Below, in pieces: positions 17,040-52,290 of a stretch of DNA of 64,000 nucleotides. The notes beneath the pieces are model-generated. The model saw only the letters and a program-made list of their open reading frames with translations. It did not search any database and had not been told where the DNA came from. The translations under genes were made by a program, and so were the position numbers. This DNA is from the human T2T-CHM13v2.0 reference genome, Homo sapiens, in assembly GCF_009914755.1 (NCBI RefSeq), contig NC_060934.1; one strand, written 5' to 3'. The first letter of the stretch is position 1; each line of letters opens with the position of its first letter.

Positions 17040-17362
17040 CGCAGACCAGTTCTAGTCTGTGACCTGTTAGGAACCAGGCTGCACAGCAGGAGGTGAATGG
17101 CAGGTAAGCGAGCATTATTGTCTGAGCTCCACCTCCCATCAGATCATCCAAGGCACTAGATTCTCATAGGAGTGTGAACCCTACTGTGAACTGCGCATGT
17201 GAGGGATCTAGGTTGGGCACTCCTTATGAGAATTGAATGCCTGATGATCAGAGGTGGAACAGCTTCATCCTGAAACTATCTGGCCACCCCAAACCCCCAC
17301 CCCCATGGAAAAACTGTCTTCCAAGAAACTAGTCCCTGGTGCCAGAAAGGTTGGGGACCACT
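17040..17362. mobile_element. MER1B-like hAT-Charlie element
   Basis: ctgttaggaaccaggctgcacagcaggaggtga...gtccctggtgccagaaaggttggggaccactg. Confidence 0.8.
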
Positions 17363-17387
17363 GCTTTAAAAAAACTGTCTGAAAACA

Positions 17388-18907
<1,520 letters not shown>

Positions 18908-19126
18908 ACGACTTGGCTTTTCTGAACTTGTTCCCTTGTTTGTAAAATGAGATAATACTACCTATATCTCATAGGAATGGTGTTAAGATTAAATCTGAAT
19001 ATGCCTGAAAATCAAATGGCTCCAGCACTCTTGGCAGTGATCATCGTCCTCCTCATCATCTCTAGGGTAGGAGTTTGACACAGCTTTGCATACCCTACAG
19101 GAGTGCCCTACACACAGGATCCTCAC

Positions 19127-19252
19127 CTCCTCTGAGAAAGTCTGCAGCTGGTCCTTAGAATAGACATATTGCCAAATGCGTTCCATGTCGTTCCAATCCT
19201 TGACGATGCCATGCTCCATGGGATAGCGGATTGAAAGCAGCCCTCGGTGCTC
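19127..19252 (-). CDS. ACTR1A: ACTR1A exon 4
   Basis: [27 protein letters not shown]...; GT-AG flanks. Confidence 0.96.
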
Positions 19253-19943
19253 CTGGGAAAAGAGAACAGGACTTACGACTGCAGTCAGGCTCCACCCAGG
19301 ACCCTGTTCTCCCAAGACTAAGCAGTGCAAGCTGAATCCCTTGCAAAGAAGCCTCAGCTTCCTGAGCTTCCACCCTGCTGTCCTTGCCCAGGGCTAAGGG
19401 TGGGCACTCATTCTCCAAGGCTAAATACTGTTTGCTGCAAACTGCCCTCATTCCCGAGGAGCCGGCAAAGCAGGGGCTTCTGCATTTCCATGGCCCCTCA
19501 GGTGCCTCTAGGGCAAGTGGCAGGAGGCATCTTCCTCATTGCCTGGTTCCAGGACACAATCTCCTGGCTCCCACCTCTGGGCCTCAGCACTTGAAGCCAA
19601 GGATGGCAACAGCGATTCTGCTATCTGCTTACAAGAGGCTGCATGAGGGCTCTGACAAAGCTGTGTGAATTAACTCATCCCTAGGGTACCCCAGCCAGGA
19701 TCTCCCCACTGAATATTTTTTGTGAAAAAAATAATAAACACAGTAAATTTGATCACTGACAAGGCAGTGACAGGATGCAGAAGACAACAGCCCTGTTTCC
19801 TAGACTGGTCTCAGTGTGTCCCAAAGTGAGGTCCCAGGTATTTTCTTCTCCAAGACCACAGGCTGTTCCTGGGAAAAATAAACCACCTAAGCCTAGGATG
19901 AGAGAATCAAAAAGGAGATTTTCAGAGAAAGTTGCCCCTTTTA

Positions 19944-20147
<204 letters not shown>

Positions 20148-20492
20148 TCATTTCATGACAGAACACAGGAAGGATGTATAGATGTACATACACACTCAAA
20201 TTCTACTGAGATTATCTTCAAGGAGTGAAGTCACAGTTGATTTTGATTTTCTTCTTTATACTTTTCTGTATTTTCCACAATTTCTAAAATGAACATGTAT
20301 TATTTATATATTATTTCATATTTTATATTTATTATAAATTATGAAAACAAATTTTTAGAGTATTTAATACCTCTAGTTCTTCTCTTTCTGCAGTGTATGA
20401 ACAGACCAAGAAAGATGAGGAAATGAGAATTTCTAAAGGAGTGATTAACTCAAAACATTTTAGTGTCCTTAGTCCCCTTCCCAGGACCTCTA

Positions 20493-24003
<3,511 letters not shown>

Positions 24004-25191
24004 GAAGTGGTTGAAGGGCAGAGAAAGTGGTATGAGAGGAGAGCAGGGCAGCCAGTTCTCTAAGGGAGCAGGAATCTTTGCCAACAGAAGAGAGTGAAAA
24101 CAGAAGACAATGTGCAAACTCATTGGACTGGGCAGTACAACAAGGAGCCTGGAAAAGGTGCAGCTGTCAAGTGAGCTGAAAGACTGGGAAGGAGGGGCAA
24201 TTTGCCTACAAACCCAAGGGCTCTGAGAGCAAGGCACGGACAGGCAAGGGGGGAACTCCTAGAACTTGTTTGCTCAGGCTTCCAATGATTGCTCACTGCC
24301 TTCATCTGGGTGTGGTGATGCCAACAGACTAATTGGGTCTCCCGGCAGAGGTTAAAAACAAGAGAGGATGAGATCTGTCCTTCAGACCCTGGATATTTTT
24401 AAGAGATGATTTTCCTGGGTATTTTATTTTTAGTTTACTAGCAAAAGGACTAGAGTCTGGGTAAACAGGCAGATTATGAAGTCAGATTTGTTTTTTCTTC
24501 TCTGTCCTTCCTAGCAAAGAGTATAAAAAGCCCAGTTCAAATATCATCACCTTCCTCCTGAAGAAACATCCCCAGTTGGAATGAATGATCATCTTCCTAT
24601 TATCTCACAGCAAATTTCCATTACCTGTACCACGAGGTGGCATGCACTTCATTCTGCTTTTTATTACAATGTAAGGTTTCCACTTTCGTCTCTTTTCAGT
24701 TGAAGTTCCTTAAGGCTAAAATACATTTTGGCAGTATCTGGCATTTGCTGGGTACTCAACAGATGCTGGCTGAGTAAAATTAAAATCAAGTGCAAATGAC
24801 TGGCAGATAGAACCTAAAGTATGGAACCTGAATGACCAGCTGAAATGACAGAAGCCCCAGGCAGAGGCGGTTCAGCAAAGGGGAAAGCAGCACTGGGAGT
24901 GATGCACAAGGTGGAACCAGACCCAGCGTGTCCTTGCAGCCCCCAAGCAGGCCTGCCATGCCAGTCATAGGGTGAAGAATCAGTGGAGAATGAGGAGCAG
25001 CTGAGCTGCCTCAATTCTGCTCAAGCCACACAAATTCTGCTCAAGAGCATACAAAAGGGTTATGTCCATTTCTTTAACAGTATTTACAACTAGGAACTGT
25101 GTACCTGGCAAATAAGCTGCCACTGTCTTTGTTATTCACTCTGGCAAGGCCAAATGAAAAAATGCCTGGTAGAGGCTTCTTGAGTAGTCTT

Positions 25192-27177
<1,986 letters not shown>

Positions 27178-27759
27178 AAAAATCAGAATATCTGGCAACA
27201 CTAGGCCGGTATTCCTGCATGGGGACAATTGGATAGAAAGGAGAATCAGTTAACATTTTGGTCAGGCATGCTCAATTCAATGCACCTTTCAGATTTCCCA
27301 GCCTGGAAGAGGTGCCTTTCAGGCTATTCTCTCTCTTCTCTTTTGAGTATATTTCCATTCCTGCTTGGCCTCTGCAGGCATTGAATTTGAAATCCCTATT
27401 CTAGGCATTTGCAGCCACTAATTGGTGACGTTTCTTCTTCCACATGGTATCTGATTTCTTTTTTACCCTCAGAGGACTTAGCTCAGTGTGAAGCACATCC
27501 TTGGCTTGCAAAATATACATAATTGAACAGTGAAAATATCTTTATAAGTCACCTCTTCTTCACCTTTTCTGTCAAGCTAGGGATGGATTCTTGCTGAAGC
27601 TGTACAACCAACAGCCTGAATATCACACTGCAAGTGACAGTGTTAGATAAATACATTGACTTCATTTCCTCAGCTAATTCTAGTGTCCCTAAAAACTTAA
27701 GTGAATCAGCATTAGTAGGATCAGAAAAGCTGATAACAAATTGTAAAAGAAAAATTTTT

Positions 27760-29752
<1,993 letters not shown>

Positions 29753-31081
29753 GGATCTTAGGAAAAATTTGAGTTTCAGAATAAACATAGTATTCTGATC
29801 AAAGTGTAGTCCTCAAAATGTGGCCTAGGAGCTGCTCCTATCTTACACTATTCTCTATGTCTTTGGGAAGAAATGACTTATATTTGGTTTTAAAAAATAT
29901 CTATCATCATAAAGCTTCTTGGGTGATTAAAAAAATACCTATCACTTTATTGTTGTCATTAAAGCACACACCTACCTGCCCCTCCATTTTCCTCATTAAA
30001 TTCTGATGAAATGACTTGATGCCAGAGTAAGATGAAAGACGTGGTCACAATTGTCTTATGATTGGGAAAGGCTGTGAACTTAATGGGGCTCTTTCCCTGC
30101 TTTCTTTCTCCTGCATTCTTTTGATTATACTCTTCTGCCCATAAATAAAGTGTAGCAACATGTTAAGCTATGGAGTTAACATAGCTAGTGATACATTATT
30201 CTCATTATATGTAATAAGTTGTCTCAGGTATTTCAAATAATGTTTCCTATACATCTACCATCTTGAAAATAATAAAAACAAAATGACCCCCCAAATGTTA
30301 AACAACAAGGACTACCTGAGACCGCACATGTAAAAATGTGGCAGATTTTCAGCAAATACTAATAGGAAAATGACTTAAGTTTCTCCTACTTCACCTTTTG
30401 GCAGAAATACTGGCATAATAAAGGACATGTTTTCCCAGAGGGGGAAAAAAAAGACAAGTCAATTCTTTAAATCTTGAAACTAAAAATGCATCACTGCTGT
30501 AATGCATTTCGAAACATACTACCAGGAAAGAGAAAGAAAAAAATTAAGACGCATTAGTGTAAGTGATATTAAAGAAAATGGCCGGAGATGGAACTCCTGC
30601 CTAGCAATTCAAGAAGCAAAGGAGCTGGTGGGATAGACAGGTTGTTCCTTCTGCATTGCTGATGAAAACAGGAAATTGAATTTCTATATATTTTTCCTTT
30701 TTACAACTAAGAAAAAGGCAGAAGAAGCACAAAGAGCCTGGCTAAAGACAGAAATCGTAGTGCTCTCTGAAAATCAACATCAAGAACAAAAAGTCCTACT
30801 CAATTATCTGCAGTAACTAACTAGAGAAAACTCCCCATCTTTTCTTTATTTAGGAATATCTTTGTTACTTTGATAGAGATATTCAGTCATTCATCCAATC
30901 ACCCATCAATCCAATGAAAAAACATTTATTGAGCACACAGAGGTGCCAGACCCTAGGTATACTGTGTGTGTGTGGAGAGAAGTGGGTGAAGTGAGACTAA
31001 AGGAATATCATCTTTCTTAAATTTTTTTTCCCAACACCACTAAACCTGTGGGAGAATATCATCTTTTTCCACAAGGATTTA

Positions 31082-32080
<999 letters not shown>

Positions 32081-32949
32081 ATGAGCTGTCTCATTGAGCT
32101 CAATCCTGCCCCTTTCTAAGGGGGAATAATAAAAACAAAATACCCATGGAGAGAAGGAAAATTTAATGAAAACAACAACAAAAATATATTGGAAAAAGCA
32201 AGCAACTTGGAACTGGATCTTAGTCTGATGACTGGCTCCTCAATTCCTAAACTGGATGGTTTGAAATCTGTTATTTAACATCCCTGCATACACTGGGGAT
32301 AGTAATTCCTATCTACCTAACAGAGCTGAAGCTTAAACGAGAACATTGTAATATGCCTAAGGTCCCAAGAGCTGAATCAACAAAGGGAATCTGACAGAGT
32401 CAGCTTACAACAGAGGGAACTGGTAGTTTTGCCTCAATGGAGGGACCTACAAGGGACACAGACAGGGATCAATCTCTGTGGGACCAAAGCTTTGAATCGA
32501 AGGCAGAAATGCAGTCGTTTTACAATTTTCTCCTTTCCCCCCAAAATAAGAGCAGTATTTAGATTCTTTCTATTGGTCAATATTGATGCTTCTGCATGGT
32601 GGTGCTGGCAAAAGGGATGACGGATAAAGTACTGGATTTAGGGCACCTCTGCTATGTGACCTTGGGCTCACGTTACGTCTTCGCGCTTCAGTTTTCTCAT
32701 CGGTAACACGAAGATCAAAGTTCCTTTTAAACTATGCGTCCAGTTTTTGTGAGGATCCAACTCGAATGTATGTGAAAACGCCCTGGAAGCGCTAGAGCGC
32801 CAGGCAAATATTAAGTTTGGTAATTTTTTCCCCGTAAGAACTAGGCGTTCCAAAGAGGAGGACAACCTCTCTGCTTCCTTTGTCACTCTCCTTTCTTCTC
32901 GACCTTTACCAACTTTGTAATTTATAATCACAGTAATAGCTGACATCCT

Positions 32950-34010
32950 ACAGCGGTTTCTGGCACCAGATTCTCGGGCCCCACCCAGATCCACACCACC
33001 AAGCCGCAGCGCCGGCTGAGACCGAAGGAAAACTTAGCCGTTCTCCACCCGCGGGCGGGCACTCGCCTCTAGGCCCCACCACCCAGAGTCCCGGAAGCCA
33101 ATCCCCACAGCCCTGGAGCACTGCCCCGCCCCTTCAAGAGGGAAAACAATATGGCGGCAAGGAAGAATGGCAGGGGCGTGAGCCAATCACCGCAGAGGCC
33201 TAGCCTCATCCGGCAAGGCTAAGAGGCGGTATCATTGGCTAAGATGGACAGCCAGAGCAACCAATAGAGCGATCGGAAATGGGGGAGAGGGCGGGCGACG
33301 GGAATCTCACACAGCGGTTAAGGCCCCTAGAGCCAAGGGCCCAAGGACTGGCTTGGACTATAACTCTTTCCTTTATCCACTCCAGAGTTCTCCATCCCAC
33401 TTTTGCTGGCTGGCCGCCTTGCCTGCGGACTATGTGATAAGGGGAGGAAGGAGGCGGCGGTGGCTGAACGCGCCTGACAGGCCGGGCCAGTGACAAAGAG
33501 CCGGCGGCTCAGGCTGAACCCCGGGAAGCGATCCTTTCGAGGAGGAGAGCCCAAGTCCCCTTATAGATAGGAAAGACGCAACTCACGTTGTCGATCACGA
33601 CAGGCTGGTTGGCGATCACATCGTAGGACTCCATGGCAGAGGAATCTCTCCTTCTGGGGAAGGAACTGCCCAGCCGGGTCCGCCGCTAGCGCCACTGACA
33701 CGCATGCGCAGTCTAGCCGCCGGTTCAGGGCGGCGAGGGAGCGGCCCGACCTCGCCTCTGAAGAACTACAATCCCCAGCAAGCTTTGCGCCTGGGTTAGC
33801 GATCTAGCTTGCTTTGTTGCCCGCCTAGTTTAAGATTGGGAGTCGCATTTCCAATGCGCAGTACCCTGGGATTTGTGGTCTCCCTAGATTAAACAGCCAG
33901 AGACACAGGTTGATGGTCATGTTGCATGCCTGGATCTGTAGTCCCTTTGAAGGAGTTCGCAGTGCATGCTGAGGTATGTAGTCTTCTCGAGTACTTGTCT
34001 GTAGTTCGGT
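32950..34010. promoter_or_regulatory. ACTR1A CpG-island promoter with NRF1-like, ZNF143/THAP11, CCAAT, YY1, ETS and GC-box motifs
   Basis: CpG-rich; ACGCATGCGCA near 33700; ACTACA-type motifs at 33764, 33866, 33923, 33963; CCAAT at 33098, 33183, 33234(-), 33261. Confidence 0.8.
33587..33634 (-). CDS. ACTR1A: ACTR1A exon 1 coding part
   Basis: gccATGG; MESYDVIANQPVVIDN; donor AAC|GTGAGT; inside CpG-rich DNA. Confidence 0.95.
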
Positions 34011-34819
34011 TTGGATTGGTCGTAATTCATGGATGTTTGGATTTTGCAGATCAGCCCTGCCACTCCCCCCGACGTTCCCTTAGACAATATAAGGTTCTCA
34101 TGTTTTTATTTGGGTCTGTAAGACTTTAATAAACATCTCCTAGCACCTCACACTCTAACAAAAAGGAAATGTTAACACACGTACGCGAGAGGACATATTC
34201 CTACAACAAAGGAAAACAATTTAAATTGCATAAAATTAGCTTTAAGTTTAAAAACCTGTACATTGTCGTTGCCTTTTGCATTTTCTTTTTTTCTGCATAA
34301 CAGGCTAACATTGATCCGAAGATTGGCAATTGGAACTACTGGTATAGGTAATCTTTTGGTCATTAAAACATCATCTAAGGGTTTCAGAAACTGCTCGAGT
34401 ATCTCTTTAATTTTCATAACGAGCTAGAATTGACACTGATGGTTGAGAAAATGGAGGTGAAGAGAGGTTATGTGTCACTGCTTTCAAATGAGCCCAGTGC
34501 ATTTTTTTCTCTGGATTATGTTCTCCCCCAGCCCCCTTGAAATTTCAGGGACCTTTTTGTCAATAGCCCTAGAAAACATTAGATTTATTATCATCTATTA
34601 ATACTAACGCCCCATGGATGAATGAATCAATCCATTGTCAGATTTATGTTTAAATCCTAGTTAGCAGCGCGTCAGCAAAACAGTAACAAATCCTTTGTTG
34701 GCGCACTTCTCGCTGCTTTCGTGGGACCTTAGCACCTCAGAGGGTGCTCAGCATCTCTAAACTTGGGTTCCTCCTAACACTAGGGGGAGACCAAGAGCCT
34801 TGGGACACTCCCAACACAG

Positions 34820-35760
34820 GGAGGGGAGGCGGGGCCTATTGTCAAGTCACACCTTCCCTGCCTGTGACTGGCACAGACATTAGCCAATGGGTGCTTGGAT
34901 AGGGTGCGCCGGCGCCCCGCCCCCCTTAGCGCCCCGCCGCCCCGAGGCACCCTCTGGCAGACTCGGCGGCGGCGACAGCCTGGGCGGACAGTGCGCCGTG
35001 CGCAGGCGCGGAGCTAGACCTCGCTGCAGCCCCCATCGCCTCGGGGAGTCTCACCCACCGAGTCCGCCCGCTGGCCCGTCAGTGCTCTCCCCGTCGTTTG
35101 CCCTCTCCAGTTCCCCCAGTGCCTGCCCTACGCACCCCGATGGCGGAGCTGCGGCCTAGCGGCGCCCCCGGCCCCACCGCGCCCCCGGCCCCTGGCCCGA
35201 CTGCCCCCCCGGCCTTCGCTTCGCTCTTTCCCCCGGGACTGCACGCCATCTACGGAGAGTGCCGCCGCCTTTACCCTGACCAGCCGAACCCGCTCCAGGT
35301 TACCGCTATCGTCAAGTACTGGTATGCTCTGGGCCGTGGGGAGACGGACAGGCGCGGGCTGGAAAGGGTTAAAGCGCCGAGGGCGAAGTAATTTGTGGGA
35401 GGTGGGAGGAGGGGTAGAGAATGGTTAAAGCACTCAGAAGGAGGGCTTCTTGCTGCGAGGGAAGGAGTTAAGGCTCAAGTTGGGAATGGGGACAAAGGGG
35501 TTAACGGAGCCCGTGGGTACTGAGGGGTTAACCGGGATTAGGAGAATAGAGTGAGGACTGGGGGTGTGTGTAGGAGCAGAGGGGGGAACGGCAGGAGCGA
35601 GGGAACTGTAAACGTGGTGAAAAGAGGGGGCGCCTGTAGGGGGTCATTAGTGGGCGAGGGGAAGCCAAGCGGGGGCGGCCGAAGTGGGATGGGAGAGGCG
35701 AGGCGGGGCCTGGGGAGCATTTGAGAGGGCTTTGGAGGAGCGAAGCCGAAGAAGCTCAGA
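34820..35760 (+). promoter_or_regulatory. SUFU CpG-island promoter, 5'UTR and start of intron 1
   Basis: GC boxes near 34826 and 34913; CCAAT 34884-34888; dense CpG through exon 1; ATG-to-ATG distance to ACTR1A about 1.5 kb. Confidence 0.8.
35140..35321 (+). CDS. SUFU: SUFU (suppressor of fused, Hedgehog pathway inhibitor) exon 1 coding part, c.1-182
   Basis: MAELRPSGAPGPTAPPAPGPTAPPAFASLFPPGLHAIYGECRRLYPDQPNPLQVTAIVKYW; donor TG|GTATGC. Confidence 0.97.
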
Positions 35761-36906
35761 GGGCACGAGACTGCATAGAATGGGGGGTTCGGGGGGCCCA
35801 GGGCTCTCCTGTGGTGGGTAGGAGGGCCAAAGATGAGGGCCTGGTGCTTGTGGAGAGAGGAGGAGGTCTCCTTTTGATACCTTCCCGATTAGCTCAGACG
35901 TCGTATCAGGGCAAAGCTTTTGCTTTTGAAGTTTGACGGAGCAGCTCTTCCTGATAAACTTTTTGCTTACTCTGCACTGTTCTCTTTCTCCGTGCAGAGC
36001 TTCCTCCTAGCTCTGCAGTTGCTTCGCTTTAGGGCATTAGGTAGAGAGAACCATGGTTTGGCTTAGGATTGAAGGGGCCGACAGCTTCCCACCTCCAGTT
36101 GGAAATAAATGGTGGAGACTCTGGGACCCCAGCAGGGAGGAATTGTGCAGTGGGACATTAAGAGGAGCTTCTCGGCCATGGCCTGCAGTTTCTCCGGGGA
36201 GCTGAGAGTAACCCTCAAGTAGCTTTAGGGTAGGAATGGTCTTTTCTAATTTCCCATTCCTGTTTGCAGCCTGTTTCTTCCTTCAGCATTTGGGCAGAAC
36301 AGATGTTCTGGGGACTCTGGAAAAGAACCTGTCCTCAAAGTCTTGCTGGACCAAAAACTGAGATATTGGTTGAAACTGTCCAGGACCACATTCATGCAGG
36401 CATTGTGTAAGATGATCTTCAATGAGTCTTGAAAGACTGTTCTGCAGCTGCTTGGGGGTGTAGCCAAAGGGTAGACCTGAAGGGGCAAGTGGACATCTTT
36501 GCTGGTTACCTCTCCTTTTAGGACTGAGTCTTCCTCCTGGTGAAAACCTGTTGCTTCCCCTGGACATCGGTGTCAGTAGGCTGTGCAGGGCTGAGGCCAG
36601 CTGCCCGCATCAATGGGAGGATGCCAAGAGGCCAACAGCGTGGAGAGCCTGGGGACCAGCCACCTGCTGTCTAGGGAGGATTGTAGGGAACAGCCTCCTC
36701 TGTCAGAGTAGACGGGAGGAGGTGGAACTGGTGTCGCAGTCCTCTCTCACTGGCGAACTGTTCTCTGGTTGAGAGGAGTTGTTGAAGAGCGCTTCTGAGT
36801 GGAAAGCAGCTCTTGCTAGCTTAATGACCCATTCTCATTGTGCCTTTATATTTAACTATGTGTTGTGATGAACTTGTTGTCATGTGTCAGGAGAAAAGTG
36901 GGCCTG

Positions 36907-39260
<2,354 letters not shown>

Positions 39261-40155
39261 AAAACAGGATTTTTTTTAAAAAGCACTGATTACTAAAGGG
39301 AACTCTTATTGTATTAAATCCTCAGAGTGAGATAATAACTGAATCTCTTCCGCAACTCCTTCTCAGTTGAATGGTGGGGGAAATTTAATGTGGTCCTGAG
39401 AGGCCCCAAATCATTTACCATCCCAGCTCTACCTTTGATGTGGCAGTCTCTCCTGGGATCATTTTCTGGGTGCAGATGCTCACAGGGCGCAGTTTGACTC
39501 CTTCTGCAGTTCTCTGTGCAGAACTAAGTTAAGCCTAAGTTTGGCCTTTGTCACTTGCAATGATAAGAGACCAGCTTTGGTCTATGGGGTGCAGGCTGGT
39601 GTCAGCACAGACTAGAGGCTTTGGGTTTGTTTAGAACAAACTGTAATTAACATAGGGCACAATATAGTCTTTCAGGAATTAGCTGTCTAAGAGGCTGGAG
39701 TGGAGCAGAGCCTCTGCTTCCAGGAACAATGCCCATTGGGGATGCTTGGGATGGTCTTTCAACAGAGGCCAATTGATTGACTGATGTACCTCTTGCCTTG
39801 AAGCTTGGCATGTATACAGGCACCACAGAAGAGAGACAATCCCTGCCAATCTCATTTGGGATCGGTAATTTGAAACAGGAGAAAGCAAAATGGGTAACCA
39901 TCCAGTCTGTTTTATTTCTAAAAGAGGCCCAGTCTTTCAGGGGTAGGAGAAGGGAGCCTCTTGGGCTTGCAGAGTTGGGCAGCCTTAGCTGTCCATCCCT
40001 TAGTCTCATTCTGGAGAGATGTGGCCTCTCTTTAGTTACCTTTCACCCAGGTTCCTCCAGGATGGGTCCTTTAGGTTTACAAAGTAGAGCGCCTTAGCTT
40101 GACATTGTCTGATTTCCAGGCTTACACTAACACCCCTGTGTTTTGTTTTTTGCAG

Positions 40156-40290
40156 GTTGGGTGGCCCAGACCCCTTGGACTATGTTAGCATGTACAGGAA
40201 TGTGGGGAGCCCTTCTGCTAACATCCCCGAGCACTGGCACTACATCAGCTTCGGCCTGAGTGATCTCTATGGTGACAACAGAGTCCATGA
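40156..40290 (+). CDS. SUFU: SUFU exon 2, c.183-317; the gene continues beyond the window
   Basis: Acceptor ttttttgcag|G; LGGPDPLDYVSMYRNVGSPSANIPEHWHYISFGLSDLYGDNRVH; donor GA|GTGAGT. Confidence 0.97.
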
Positions 40291-40834
40291 GTGAGTATAT
40301 GCCACCTGTTCTTTATCCAGAGCCTTATTCCTGAGGTCTTCCTGAGCAGGGGTGACAATGTCATAGTGCTGTGAGCATGGTACTTCTCCGTGGAACCTCT
40401 GCATTTCTGCCCTCTGACTATATCTACTCATGCCAAGGTGGTCCTCATTAACACCTGATTCCTGCTTATCTAGTGCAGGAAAGTCTTGATGAGCAGGATT
40501 CCCAAATCAGGTTTTTCTAAGCTTGCCCTGGAGTTTGGGCTCATAGGACAGGAAGGTAGCATGGTTATGACTCAGAACTTGGGCTGATGCCTCTGTGTCT
40601 ACTTCCTTTTATTCCCCTAGCTTATTATGAAACATTTTAAACATAAAGCAAAGTTGGAAGGATTTTATAGTGAACACTCATATACCCACAACCCAGATTC
40701 TACTGTTAACTTTATACTTGCTTTATCACAAATCTGTTCATCTCTTATCCTTTATCTATCTTACCTACTTCCTTTTAACCTGTATTTATTTATTTTTTTA
40801 TCTTAGTCTGCTTCCGTTTGTTGCCCTATATGCT

Positions 40835-52290
<11,456 letters not shown>

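Noticed and set aside
25013-25046. Short direct repeat aattctgctcaag x2, and gaatatcatcttt x2 near 31003/31054
   Set aside because: Small local slippage duplications with no further structure.
30000-30190. AATAAA followed by gtgtagcaaca and short overlapping inverted repeats (ATGTTAA/TTAACAT, GCTATG/CATAGC)
   Set aside because: Could be an LTR end or retrocopy tail, but I find no poly-A, TSD or recognisable family; 6-7 bp stems arise by chance.
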